From assembly GCA_964252035.1 (NCBI GenBank), contig OZ176214.1: a stretch of 64,000 nt of DNA; one strand, given 5' to 3'. This DNA is from Podarcis erhardii. Taxonomy: Eukaryota. Shown piece after piece: positions 48,698 through 62,620 of this stretch. The notes below the pieces were generated by a model. The model was given only the letters and a program-made list of their open reading frames with translations, ran no database searches and was not told the origin of the DNA. Made by a program: the position numbers and the translations under genes. The first letter of the stretch is position 1; the number at the start of each line of letters is the position of its first letter.

Positions 48698-50788
48698 TCT
48701 AATCAATTATGCATCATACGTGCAATGAAAGCAGAAATAATAAATACAGATCATATGCAATGGATTGATTTCCATTCTAGACATGAGGCAAATAAGTTGA
48801 ACATCAGCAATTTCTACCCTGTTTCCATTTTTGTGTGACTTTTCCAACCTTTGTACCTGGGAACCACAGGTATGTTGCTTTGAATTCCACTATGGGGAAA
48901 AATGTGGGATATAAATGTTAGAAAACAAAAATACACCAAATATAGACATAACTTGTTGATAGATTCCAAATTAACAGTTCTTTCTGCCTCTTTTCTCCTG
49001 TACTAATTAGAATACTGCTTCTCTTCCCTCCCCCTATATTCCCCTTCTGATGATTCCAATCCCCGAGTCTTCTCCTGCTTTATCTTTTCTGACACTCTTC
49101 AGACCACCACATAAGACATGTGCTATTCAAGCGAGTAGTTCATTTTTTATGCTTTCCTGCTGTTCTGGCATCCTGCAAATGTGCTCAGAAATATTTGCAG
49201 ATTGTGGGACCATGACAGAGCCACACCAGCTCACACCACTGCCCCCTGGGGCTGGGAAGCCCAAGCAGCCCTGCTTTTGATTAGGGTGGAACAAAATGAA
49301 CAGATGTCCAGGTGAGATTTGTCGACCCTTCTGACTGCAAATTGGATTTCCTCCTAGCTAGGGGGCCTTCTGGAGCCAAACAAGAGGAATAGCGATATTT
49401 GCACAAGCCTGTTTGAACCTCAGTAGAAAGGATTGGATCCCGATCAAGGCTCAAGTGATTTTTCTTCTTCTCCAGAGCAGTTCTTAACTTATGCCAAATG
49501 ATTTACTTACTTTTACATACACTGCCCTTGTCTTGTTTACAACATTTATAGCAAATTTGTGCACACCTCTTGCTGTTAGGTATATGTAAAGGCACAACAT
49601 TCAGCCTCTCGCACCCCCCACCCCATAATATGTAGCACAGAGGAAATACCTGGTTAGAAAGGTGATTTCAGGCTATCCTGTGGGTCAGTTTATCAGAGTT
49701 GTTTCACTGAGTTGTCTGCTTAAAATTACTATAATATAAAAATGTGTGTGGAAAGAACGGCTGCAACAACAACAACAGAAAGGCATTAACTACTTATTTC
49801 TGAGCCTGGATGTAAATATCTGCTCTTGGAATACTCTCTCATTTCCTTCTTAACAACCCCAAAGTGCTTAGTATAACTCATCTAATATCTATGGTTAAAA
49901 CCTGTGCAAATTGAAATAATTTTAGTTGCTATGGCAAATGATAATATTTAATGGTTCAATGTGAATCCTGAAAAAGATTGATGTGAGCGTCAAATCTGAA
50001 AGGAAGCAATCACCCCAATAAAAATGTAGAAAGTGATATTTTAAACAGACCAGTAACAACAATAAGCCTCTCTACATTTATCTCTTCCTTTTCTTCCTTC
50101 AGTGGCACAGCCATAGAAGTATTGGGGGGGGGGGAGGATCTTGGAAATGTGCAGGTACAAGCAATTCCTCCATGCCTAGCTTGTTCTACTGCATGAATGA
50201 CTAACCTATATAGATGGTTTCTGACTATCATAGAATGGTAGACTTATAGAGTTGGAAGGGACCACAAGGGTCATCTAGTCCAACCACCTGTAATGTTCAC
50301 CTCCCATCATCTCTGACTGTGTTGGCTATGCTGGTTGCAGGAGATGGGAGTTGGAGTTGATCAACAGCTGGACCACAGGTTCCCCGTTTCAGCTGTAGGA
50401 CAAGGGTGGCTTACCTCTGATCCTCCAGATAGTGTTGGACTCAAAGTTCCCCTAAGTCCCAGACAGTATAGCCAGTGGTCCATCAACATCTAGAGGGCAA
50501 CATATGGAGAGCACATCTTCACATTGGCTTGTCTGACATGGGACTCCAGAGGATTCTGGGGTGTGTTGTAGGCTTCTTATTTGCTCCATGCATGAGATTG
50601 ACCAAGGGTTTATCCATCCTTGCCTCCTCTCTTTCCAGGCATGCTCTTTGCTTTAACACTCTGTGCCCAAGTGTTCTTTGTTTTGCTCCAGAGCTCTTTA
50701 AAGCTCAACTGGAGCAAACAGCAATCTGCAGAAGACTCAAATTCACATTTGCTCCGATTGAGTGCTAAAGAGCAGATTTTCATGGAGA

Positions 50789-50845
50789 AAGCAAGCAAGC
50801 AAGCAAGCAAGCAAACCAACCAACCAACCAACCAACCAACCAACC
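50789..50845. repeat. Compound (AAGC)n(AACC)n microsatellite
   Basis: Direct reading. Confidence 0.95.
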
Positions 50846-51005
50846 TACAATGCTCAGCCACAGAGCTTGTGAGTGTGGATCTGTGCCTGGAAAGAGTGGG
50901 ACAAATGGTATGTGTAGATAAGCTCCAAGTCTATGGAATCTCATTGCTACCATGCATGAACGTGCAGCTGGTGGAAGGTAGGGTCAGTTTCTATGGCTCA
51001 CAACT

Positions 51006-51192
51006 CCATAGCTCAGTGGTAGAACATCTATTTTGCATGCAGATGGTCCAGATCCAATCCCTGGCATCGTTAGGTATAGCTGGGAATGCTCCCTGGAGAG
51101 TAAATACAGCCCAGAAGAGCCAGTAATTGTTGACAGTATTGAGTGAGATGGACCAATGGTCTGATTCAGTACAAGACAGCCCTGTGTTCCTA
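51006..51192 (+). mobile_element. Squam3-like tRNA-derived SINE
   Basis: Head CCATAGCTCAGTGGTAGAACATC...TTTGCATGCAG; tail GATGGACCAATGGTCTGATTCAGTA...TGTTCCTAA. Confidence 0.8.
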
Positions 51193-53574
51193 ATCCCCTC
51201 ATGCTTGTGCTTAATGGATTCAACTGGACCGCCTCAGCACAAGCCCAAGGGACAGGTTGCTCACTGATGTATAACATTCAGAATGGCATCCTGTCTTATG
51301 CAAGCCTCATAGTAGTGCTTGGGCTGGAGAGATTCCTCATAGATTGTGCCATTAGTGGATCAGATCTGCCTGTGTCTCACTTTGCTAGCGTTATTGGTAT
51401 TTGGAATGTGCTCTTTAAGACCAATGCTTCAGCATGTCTCTTTTTTAGAAGAGTCTCTCATATGACCACCAATATCCATTTTGCAAGAAGAGGGCAAATC
51501 AAAAAATGCCTGGACAAATAGCTTATAGGAATTTGGCTATTATTTATTCATGTTCTATCTGTAGTTATGTGAAATAATGAGGAGCCTCTAGTGAACAAGA
51601 AATGCCTGGTTACATCCATCTCCTGATTACACCAGAGCATTGAACCAGGGATCTCATCTTCAGTCATGCTGAAAAAGAAGCGCATTAAAGGCCTACCGGT
51701 TAAATACCAAACTTCTATATTACACTGTTCTCATTAACTGCTGAAATACAGTGATGCATCTTTCAATGTTCATTTGAAGCTACTTGGGGGAGAAAACATC
51801 AAAGTGTTATTGATTTCATTGTATCACCCCCCCTTCCTCTTTGTTTTTTGTTTTTTTTTTCAAATACAGCACACATGCAGAGCAAATAAATGATTGATTT
51901 AATTCTAGCAGAGGGATGGGTTGATAGATCTTTTAATGAGGCACAAGTGTTTATGTTGTAGGGTATTTGCATTTGCATTTTAATATTGAATGCAAAGGAG
52001 TAGGAAGAAAACAGATTTGCAAATCCTTAGCATCTTCTTCATTTCTAATGAAGCTACTGCTTTGAGTAGATCCCATTGCACTGAACCCAAATTAGACACA
52101 TGTGTGCACCATGTTTTAGAACATTCAAAGCACTTTACATGTGTTATCCTGAATCCTTACAAAAACAAACAACTTCAAATGTCTGACAGGTTGTCAGATG
52201 GAAGAGGGAAGTAACCTATTCTGTCCTAGTGCTCCGAAGGAAGAGAATGTGTTACTGGTTTCCACTAGAAACATAGAACACTGCCTTATGTCAAGAGACA
52301 CCATTTGTCCATCTTACCTTGTATTGTCTCTTGCAGGCATGGGGAAACTGTGGCCCTCCATGTATTGGACTCCATTCCTACCATCCCTGGCCATTGGCTA
52401 TGCTGACTATGGCTGATGGGAGACGGAAGGCCACATATTGTTTATTCCCAGTCTACCTTAAACTGGCACTGGCTTTCCAGGGATTCAGAAAGAAATCTAC
52501 CCCCATCATGTACTATGTGATCATTAAAATTCGGACCTTCAACATGCAACAGAGCAACCCACATACTGTAGCAAGCATGGTTCTTCTGTAGTTCATTGTT
52601 CTGTCCAAAAATGTCAAAAACAAGCAGTTGATGTTTTAACATTTAAATGTCATATTATTAGTTGAATACATTTGATCATATTGGACTGCTTGTATTTAGG
52701 CTCTGGCTGTTTGGCATTGATTCTATCACCCCGTTTTCTCCCCCCACAACCCATGTACTTTTAAGACCCCATCAGCACAACATTTCTAGCTCGTGCCTTG
52801 ATTCCAATTCATTTTCAGAGTGTTGTTGGATTTCTTTATTTTGCAAATACACTTAGCCTTTGCTTTTGGGCGATTCCCTTCGGATTCTGTTCCATAATGG
52901 TGTGCTAATGTAAGTTATGCTCAAAGACCCTTGGTATTTGAAGACATAGCAGAATATAAGCAAGGGGGGAGGAAATTGCTCCTTTGTGTCTGGCACCGTA
53001 AGAGGCTAGAACAGTGCCGTGTAATTAAAGGCAGTGGAAGGCGCCCTGGGACTCAGAGCCTGCTTTTTCCACAGGTCAGGTTTTGAACTTAACTCCCTGG
53101 AATTACTGTTAATCTAAACCACTTATTGACTTGAACAGGGACAGAGTGTGAAGGTTGGAGACTTGAGGGCTAAAGGCGACACATAACAAGCAAGTTTATT
53201 TTGTCTCCATACATGAATGAATGGACATGAATGTTGCTACATTTGTTGTTCCCTCCACACTTGAAGCATGTTCTTCTTTTTAAGAAGAACCCCCACCCCA
53301 CAGTTTTGGAGGGGATTATAGAGCGCAATATCAGGCATATTTAGAATTTATTTTTTAGAATATTTAGAATTTTCCTCAATGGACCCAAATCTTACAAAAT
53401 CTCCTATATAGACACTGAAAAATTAGGATTCTTCAAATCAATGGACATTTGTGAAGAGTTCCGAAAAATATAGAGAAAACAAGTAATTGAACTTCTCAGA
53501 AGTATCCCCCCCAATTGAACTTCTCAGAAGTATCCCCGTGAGGCTAGAATTAGGAAATAAATTTGATTCAATTC

Positions 53575-53945
53575 ACATTTTATTAATTTTTTAAAAATCT
53601 ATGCACTGCTTGATTGTAAAACACACACACACTCCAAAGCAGTTTACAAAAATAATAAAATGATCAGTAAAAAAAAGTTAAAAGGAACAGCTATTTAAAA
53701 CATTCAAATATTAATTAAAATCAACAATTAGCTAAAAGCAGATTAAAACACATGTAGGCATTCTGCATATCTGGGTAGACTTTTATTATCAGCAGGTGCC
53801 AAAAGGACAACAGAGTACAGAAAAGATGCCTCCCTGATGTCAGTATGCAAGGAGTTCCAAATTGTGGCTGCTGCCACACTAACAGATTGATTTCTTACAA
53901 AAGCAAATGAGTACTTTGGAGTGGTGGTGGAGAGAGCTGGCATAC
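53575..53945 (-). mobile_element. Old L2 3' end
   Basis: Minus-strand AFSVAAATIWNSL.TDIREA-like peptide and an AT-rich L2-type 3' UTR. Confidence 0.65.
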
Positions 53946-54849
53946 CTATTCCTTCCTTTCTAACATCTAGAGTCACAAGAGGAGAATCTATCCCCTCCAT
54001 CCCTGAGAGCCTACCTTCCAGCCCCCCATCAGCTTCTCCTCCAACTCTTCCATTTGGAGTTACAAATTGTGCCAGCTGCTGGCAGAAGCAAGAGGCCCAT
54101 GCCAGGATTAGTATGAGATGCAAACCAGGCCACTCTTTCCATCTCTACATGTGATACACCCACCCACCCATACACCCTATAGTTTTAGATAGAAAGTGGA
54201 AACGACTAGCACAAGTGAGGAGCAGTTCTGCAACAATGCCAAATGTGTCCTCTTAAAAACAGACATGCAACCCTGCCCATGCATGTACAGAAAACCCCAC
54301 TGGGCTCACTGGAGCTTACTTTCAAGTAAGTGTGCATAGAACAGAAGCCACAAATCTTGTTCTGCTCTGACCTTGTAGAATAAAAGCAAGTATGTTTGGC
54401 TGGTGCTCTGTATAGCACTGCATGACTCAAATAATGTTCTTTTAACATTACCAAACAGCTAGTTGCAAGTAGACTCCTATGTCTCCTTTGATTTATCTCC
54501 CTCTTCCATTTGAGTTCGGTGAAGGTAAAGGAGCAGGGAGAGAGAAGCATTATAATGTGCGACAAGGTTTTTTTCCCCTCCAAGGTGTTCATCTGCCATA
54601 AAGCATATTTCACATCTTTTCCTTCCTTATGTAATGAGAAGTGTTATGTTTCTGTCTCTCGCGGAGATGTTGCAACCCCAAGCTATTTACATCAACCCCA
54701 TCCTGCCTGAAGCTGAAGGAAATCCATTAGGTTTTATCAGAGAGAGCTGGTGGTGGTTCTGACACCATTAGCAAAAGCAGACTACTCCCCCATCCTCAGT
54801 GTGCTAAAGTACTGCTTCTTCACTAAAACTCTTGTCATGTGTTCGGGGC

Positions 54850-55140
54850 GATCCCTTTATGTGTCACTCCGTGTACAGTGTGCCACACCCACAGTGTTTC
54901 CACCTTGCCAGGATTCTAGCATAGTTTATTCCCCGCCCCAGTCCATTCCATCACTACATCCAAGCACCAGTCCAGAGACTGCTCTCCTGATTCAGATGTT
55001 ATGGAGAAATTAATCTTAATATCATCAGTGTACTGTTGGCACTTTGCCCCCAAACTCCTAATGACCACTCCAAGTGGCATTATATAGATATCAAGTAGCA
55101 GTGGGGATAGAATAGTGTCCTGTACCCATAGTGACCATAG
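54850..55140 (-). mobile_element. Old L2 RT-core fragment
   Basis: Minus-strand TILSPLLLDIYIMPLGVVIRSLGAKCQQYTDD and FSITSESGEQ..WCLDVVMEW peptides. Confidence 0.7.
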
Positions 55141-56869
55141 TCACAGGGAGCGAGGGAGGCAATTTTATAGTGCTACCCTCTGGACTTTGTCCCATAGGTA
55201 GGACCAGTAGCAATGTAACACAGTGCCCCCGATTCCCATTCTGCATAGCTGGACCAGGAGGATATTGTGGTTAATCACATGCTAACCGCAAGAAGGTCAT
55301 CAGGGCAGGGCCCAGAGTTATTGGGAGATAGGAATAGGCATGGACAAATCTGTCAATTGTGGTTTCTCTTAGCTAATAATTTTTCAAATATTCAGTTTGC
55401 AACACTTACACATCACCTTTTAAAATATATATATATATATATATATCAAAGTCCTCTGCAAATTCATCTGCATTTTTGTGCACATTTCTCCCAATATACA
55501 CATTTTTTCAAGCAATTTCCCCTACTGTAATGCATTTTTTGTATGCTATTTTCTTTAAAATATGTACACTTTTGTACACTTTTTCAGCTGGAAAGCTGCA
55601 TGGCAAAATTTTGAGAAGTACAATTTTCGAAGGGTAGGTGTGTTTCATTTCACATATGGTTTTGTGGAGCACTAACTTGGGAAGGTTGGATTTAAAATGG
55701 GAATGGAAGCAAATCCCCCCCCCCAGCAGCTTCTTATCATAATATTTTGCTCTCCCTTAACATTATTTATTGATTTTACTAGTATTTCAATGTAACTGGC
55801 CATGGGACTGCCACCTGAGTGTGTGTTGTTTGGGAGTGAGGAACCGCTGGACACAATTTTCAGTAGATGCAATTCAAAATTTTCTGTCTTTCTTTGTCTT
55901 TTCCTCCCCTCCTCCGAAATCCATCTTGTCTTGTACTGATCAGATGGTCCATGCTCTTGGATCAATGGCTGGCAATTTGCAGGCTGTACTGCAGATAAGG
56001 TTGTCACATTTTGGCAGCCTCATCACTGCCAGTCAGCATTATAATAGCTGATAGGTCCATTTCAGACAAAGTAGATAGAGAACTGAAGGAGAAAAACTGG
56101 TGAAGGGAATGGCTTGTGGGGTGGTGGTGGGTGGCGGGGGGAGAGAGACTTGCTACAGAGAGTGGCGGTGCAGGGGGAAGAGAGAGATTGCAAATTGCAA
56201 ATCCAAAGCCTTGCAATTTATTTGTGCTTCTTCCAAATGACATCAATTGGAATGTATTTAGATACATGGGGGGATCTGTATCCTTTCTTAGAAGGGAAAG
56301 CTATGAGATAATGTCATTCTTTCAACAGCCTGGCTTTTCTTCAACAAAGGGATAGGAGCTGGCGTGAGAATGGAGCTGTTGTAAATTGGTACAGTCAGCA
56401 GTAAAGAGAATAGGTGAAGCCAATCTAAGCCCAAGAAGTCAATTTGCACCAAACAGAGACATGAAAACGCAAGGGCTCAGCTTCTCAATTCCTTTTGCGA
56501 GAAAGGAAAACTTAATTGCTGGCATTGACTGTAGAAGGCTGGATTTATTTGTTATGTAATGAATTACTAATGGGAATTTATAAAAAAAGAAAAAAAGAAT
56601 TGTTCATTTTTTATGGGGACTGAGACAAAGACCTTTTGATTGGGAAAGGAAGTGATATAACAATATTTTAGTTTATCTAGAGCTACCCTCTCTGATCATG
56701 TAAATATGCATTCTTTCTTTCCCTCTTAAATCTTTGTTGCCATCCCTCATTGATTCTGTTAGAGAACCTATCAATGACTACTCAGAAGTAAGTCCCCTTG
56801 AGTTCCATGATACTAACACCCAGGTTTGTGTGTAAGAGGATTCCAGCATTAACCTCTGCCCGCCTGCCC

Positions 56870-57400
56870 CAAATTCCTGCTCCAAGCTGTGGTCCAGGCA
56901 TTAGTGATGCCAAGTTTGGATTACTGCAATGCATGCTCTGCATGGCTTCCTTTACTGTATGCTTGGTCTGGACACTGCAGTGAAATCAGAATTGGTGGTA
57001 GAAGTGAGACCCTGTGAGCCTATTACACCCCTGATCAGAGATCTACTCTGACTGCCATTCTGTTACTGGGCCAAATTCAAAATGTTGTTAGTAGTATATA
57101 AAGGCCATAAAGGTTTAGGGGCAAGTTTACCCCATATATGCCTGCTTGACTGCTTCAATCTGCACAACTGGCACATAACGTCTGTCCTACTCTTACAAGA
57201 AATCAACCCTTTAGGCAGTACCTACTCTCTGGAACTCCCTGCCTTCACTGCTTCTGATGCCTGTTAAAAAACCTTTTCATTTAGGCAAGCCAACCCAGAC
57301 ATATATACTTTATTCTACACCCATACCTTTAAAACTTTTAATTTCAACTATATTTGATAAATGTTATAATGTCTACTTCTGGAAGATCTGTGCTATCGGT
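56870..57400 (+). mobile_element. Old L2 3' fragment
   Basis: Degenerate VVQALVM..LDYCN and ITPL..DL..LP..YWAKFKMLL...KG.G motifs. Confidence 0.65.
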
Positions 57401-57678
57401 GTTCTTCTTATGAGTAGTTTATATTGTTTCTGAAAAACCATGCAGTGTTTGTTTGTTTGTTTGTTTGTTTGAAACAGAAAGGGAATGGGCAATCCGAGCT
57501 GTCTACAGGGTCCTGGACATCACCAGTGATGCCAGATACTAGACCATACTAGTGCATGTTCTCAAAGTCAGGAGGTTTTGTCCCAGAGCGAAAGCTGTAA
57601 CAAGAGCTGTGTTATAAGCTGGAGGGGTCCATGTGACATTGGAGACATGCTTGCCATCCACATCTGGAGTAGGGTATG

Positions 57679-58088
57679 GAAATCTGCCTTACACTAAGTC
57701 CGATCAGTGTCCCATCTAGCTCAATATTTTTTACACTGAATGGCAGTGGTTCTCCTGGGGGACATTCCCATCCCCACCTGGAGATGCTGGTGGGTGTGGA
57801 GAAGATTGAACCTTGAAACTTTTTTCATGCAAAGCAGTTCTTCTACCACTGAGCTGCCACCCTTACTCCATTACATTTTTATATGTGCATCCACACTGAC
57901 CTTTCTAGGCACTGCCCTATCACCACACAGGAACACAGAAAGCTGTCTTTGGTCCATTGAGCTCAGTAATGTCTATGGTGACCAGCAGCAGCTCTCCATG
58001 ACTTGGGTTCTCTCCCAGCCCTGCCTGGAGGTGTAAAAGATTAAGCATGTTCACACACAGCAAGCACTTTACCTCTGAACCACAGACC
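57679..58088 (-). mobile_element. Two adjacent Squam3-like SINE remnants (57679-57862 and 57929-58088)
   Basis: Antisense tRNA heads (CTACCACTGAGC, CATGCAAAGCAG) and Squam3-like bodies. Confidence 0.65.
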
Positions 58089-60534
58089 ATTTACAAAACC
58101 AAGGGAAACTATGGATATTTCTTACCACCCCTTCTTGTTCCCCTACTTGTTTGTGCTCTGCTGGGGTCCATGGAAGTTTGTGCTTATGCACTTTATGAGC
58201 CATGCACTGCTCTAAATGCCCTGGGGGAGTGAGATGTAGTTGTCTTTGGCATGTCCCATATTTCCAGCACTGTGCTGAAGAGTTAATTTGAGACTGCCAG
58301 CCATTGCCACAAAGAGAGAGACTCGAACATGGGAAACATTAGGACAGGAATAATGAGGAGGAAGCGGAAGAGCCCCCTTTTAGCTGTTGGCATTCTGAGA
58401 GCAGCAGAGTAAGATCACAGGCAGTGTGATGGAAAACTGACATGGATTGTTTATTTAATTCCTCCAATTTGTTCACCTTAATGAAACAGCGTAAGGTTTT
58501 GAGTGAGCAGTAATTAATGAGAGCAAGAGAGAGTGAGAGTGAGCCTGCCTAAGAAAACTGCCTGGTGGGATCATGTTCATTGCCAGAATCAATGGAAGAC
58601 TGTGAGTGCAGATCAACTGGTATCTCTCTCTCTCTCACACACACACACAGTGCTTTTTTTCTGGCGGGATGCAGTGGGCCGCATACCCCTAAACATTTTG
58701 TGAATCTTTGTATTTTTCTCCATTTACTGTCTTTATTTGCGGGGAACTTTAACAAATGTTTGGGTTTTTTTGTTTTTTAGTAAAAAAAAAAATTGGGTTA
58801 CTGTAAACGAAAACAAAAAACCCTAAAATTTTGCCAAATTTTAAAAATCTGTCTGGGCAGAAATTTTAATCCTGAAAAAAGAGGGCATGTCCTGGAAAAA
58901 GAGGACATATGGCAACCCTATTTTTATGTCACCCATAAGCCAAGTTGGTTTCCAAACCTTGCAAATCACTAAAGTACAGTACTATAATAACCATTGGTCT
59001 GTTTATGGAAAAGATGCAAGAACCTGTTTTGAGGAACTGTGCATTTGCATCTTTCCAACCCATCTGTGCCTTTGCCTTCATTTCAAAAGGTTTGAACTTC
59101 AGCTCCCGTACAACTGGGTGCATTACACAGCGCTGTGCCCCACCGGGAATATGACTGTGATGCTGGGAGAGGACGATGCGCCTGTCATTTCTAATTGAGT
59201 GGCTCTGTGTCATGTGGACCTGAACTCAACAAGTCCAGCATTATTGTCAGCAATGAGCTGAAAGGCAGACCGCAGTATTCATATTCTCCGCCACAGTTGC
59301 ACATCGCCTCACACATATGGTTTATTCTGCATGACCAAACTCTGAAATCAAGAAAGGCGCATACGTCTTGCACAGTGATTCCCCAGTTGATTTACCATTT
59401 CATTTATTTAACAGTATACTCCTTTGTCTATATAGGGGGCTACACAGTGTCTGCATTAGAGAGTTCCTTTCCCCCTTTTGTTAAAGTTCTCAGCTTTTTG
59501 TTTGTGCTTTTGCTTCTCCTCATTTCCCTGTATATTTAATCTCATCATCACATGTAGCATGTATTCTTCCTTTTACTTATATCTATCTATCTCTGCAGCT
59601 GGGTTGCATTAGAGAGAGTAAAGGGGAAATATATGCTATTTTCTCCCTTTAGTGGATGGTAAAAATAATCATAATGCTGAAATAGAAATTGAAAACAACA
59701 TAAAAAATAGAATCAATGAAAAAGCATAAATAGCTCATATGTGGAAAGAGATTTATGGGGCTTGACACACCTATATCTGAACAATTGCATTAGTTGTATC
59801 AACACTCCTTTTGATATATCTGCTTGAGATGCTCTCATATATTAATTTTCACATAAGAAGAAACATCCAAATTCACTTTGAATTTTGCTTTAGGATAAAC
59901 CTAGGTACAGCTTTGGGATGTGCAGAACCCCCTGAGAAATCCTCCTAGTCCTACTGAAATTCTACTGGATTTCCTTTGAAAAGGAATGCCCAAATGTGTA
60001 GGGTTCACCCCTTAGCCTTTTCTTCTCTCCCAAAGACACCCTGCAAGGCAGGATAGTTTTTCGACCAGAGTTTTCCTTCTCCAATATGGGCTACCTTCCC
60101 AGGTTGATGAGCCTCATCTGCCCCTCATTTTCTCTACAGCACGTGCAGAAACCGCATTCTTGACCATTGGACCCACTATTGGTCCCATCCACTCAATCTG
60201 TCAATCTTTGCAGGCAAGGGAAGTCCCTAACCTACTGAGCGTTTGAGACCCATTGGCTATCCTTATCTGGTTAAGTCAGCAATTGAAGCTGCTCCTGGGG
60301 TGTGGCTGCTGTTGCCAGCTGGCAGCTTCCAGGAGCCACAGGTGTGAGCTGAATGCAGGGTGGAGACAAAGGTGGACAAACTACCCCAGAAGGAGTATGA
60401 GGTACTACCACTCCCCTAATACCCCTGAAACACCCAATGAAGGTGCTAACCAGGGAATGTGAAAAGTGTGACTGGGGAGAGGATGTGACCTGAGAGAAGT
60501 CCAAAGGGCTAGCTATAGATGCTTGGAGGGTAAC

Positions 60535-60565
<31 letters not shown>

Positions 60566-61199
60566 GGGTCTGAGGTCCCACAGTGCTGCTATAAAAGATG
60601 TTGGCCTATTGTGTAAGGCCAATTTGGCTACTATAATGTTATAGTTGCAAATGAAAGCTCCCCCCTCAAAAAAAAATGTGTTTGGCTTTTCGAAGCATGA
60701 TTAGAACCATACTGACAGCAATTTCTTGTTTGCTGCAAGGATGCATCTGCTATAAATCAATGACAAATATAAACTCTCAATGCAACAGTTAGCATCACCG
60801 AACACCCTCATATTAAGGTGATTTTATGGAGTTTGTCATTTTACCTGCTACAGAGAAAATGATATTGCAAAGGGGGGAAAATCTTTGATATGCAGTGTAT
60901 GATGTGCAATGTCATCTCAAATATGTGGGGAGGCCGTAAAGGTTTTTCTGTTTTCCTGGGGAATTCACAAATTGGCAGTGGCAACTTACATAACATTTTC
61001 CACATTTTTAATTCATGGCAAATCAGTTCAGGCATGCTATTTTTTTAAATTATTTTTTTAAAAAAACCCTATGAGTGGTAGTGATTTCTTAGTGCTACTA
61101 TTTTCTGTTGTTTCTTCTCAGAATGTTGAGACCTTTGCACGTACCAGTAGTAAAGAGGAGTTGAGCATTATCCTTTATTATTAGATAAGGTGCAATTGT

Positions 61200-62620
61200 C
61201 AGCTCTGGCTCTTGTAAAGTCAGCTCTGGCTCTTGTAAAGTCAAGGGCAGGGTAGAGCAAAGACAGAGGAGGAGCAAGTTTGAAGACTAATCCATAGCTT
61301 AGCAGAAGAAAGTCTCCTTGTTATCCAGATCAGCAAAGATCATGTTCCAGCATGAGCGGTGTAGGAGGAGGGAGCAGGAGTCTAACCAGGAAGGATCTTC
61401 TCCAGCAAGACAGTGTTATCAGGCCAAAGAAACGGAAGCAGGGATTTTACAAGGCCTTCTGGAGCTAGATTGGTCCTTAGCAGTCATGTAAGTGCTAAAT
61501 CAAATTGTATTGTATTGAAGCTTAGAAGTTGCATGGCTAGTGGCAGAAATGATCATAAGACACCAGAATCGAGTGCTGGCTTGAAGACAATCCCTCCTGC
61601 AGTGTCCTATTCCACCCCGTTTCAACAATGAGATCATTGCAGACTCCTCCAAAGATGAGTTTAGCCATACCGGCTGTGCATGATCTCCTGTTTCTGCACC
61701 TCCATGACAAGGGAAATAACTTTGTCCTGTGCTGCTGTGGCCGGGACCGTACAAAGCTGGTAACAGGCCCAGGCCAGATGGAAAATGTAGGTGCTGTTTT
61801 GGTAAGGTAAAGATACCCCTGCCCGTACGGGCCAGTCTTGCCAGACTCTAGGGTTGTGCGCTCATCTCACTCTAGAGGCCGGGAGCCAGCGCTGTCCGCA
61901 GACACTTCCGGGTCACGTGGCCAGCGTGACATGCTGCATCTGGCGAGCCAGCACAGCACACGGAACACCATTTACCTTCCTGCTGTTAAGCGGTCCCTAT
62001 TTATCTACTTGCACCTGGGGGTGCTTTCAAACTGCTAGGTTGGCAGGCGCTGGGACCGAACGACGGGAACGCACCCTGCTGCGGGGATTCGAACCGCCAA
62101 CCATACAATCCGCAAGTCCTAGGCGCTGAGGTTTTACCCACAGCGCCACCCGCTGTTTTGGTAATCCTTACCAAAGGCAAAAGAGACTCTACCAAAGGGA
62201 CTCAGGATAGGGTCCCTCGAAATTATAGATCCATGCCAATTGATCCACCTGCTCCACCTCCTCTGTTCTGGTGTGGGTGTGACAGGTGACCATTTTCTTC
62301 TTTCCCCACTGCAGGCAAGAAGCAACCAATTTTACACTGGATAGTGGCAATGCCTGTGTACACTTGTTCCCTTGTTCCAAGAATTGTTGCCTGTTTCATC
62401 AAGTTGCAGTGTTAACCCAAATACTGTGCATCCTCGTACTCAGAGACAGCTGTAAGTCTTGAATCATGTGAACAACAATTCCTGCCTAAATACATCAACT
62501 CTTTCTCTGAGCGCTTCCTGAAGAAGGTCACTCCAGTCTGCTCCATTCCATGGCTGGTACATTTTTCTCTTGAAATTGCACAGGTGTGATGATGCTGATG
62601 ATGCTGACGCCCACTTAGAA
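61200..62620 (-). mobile_element. Highly decayed RTE-like LINE, interrupted by a Sauria SINE
   Basis: Frameshifted minus-strand motifs in RTE order: QELLF..DSRLTA, FGLT, EEVEQVDQ, GSIISRD, GRVSFAFGK, GAET. Confidence 0.5.
61806..62151 (-). mobile_element. Sauria SINE, second subfamily
   Basis: Antisense head GCGGGTGGCGCTGTGGG...GGTTCGAATCCCC; distinct 3' half (GGCCCGTACGGGCAGGGGTA); 13-bp TSD GCTGTTTTGGTAA at 61793-61805 and 62152-62164. Confidence 0.93.
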
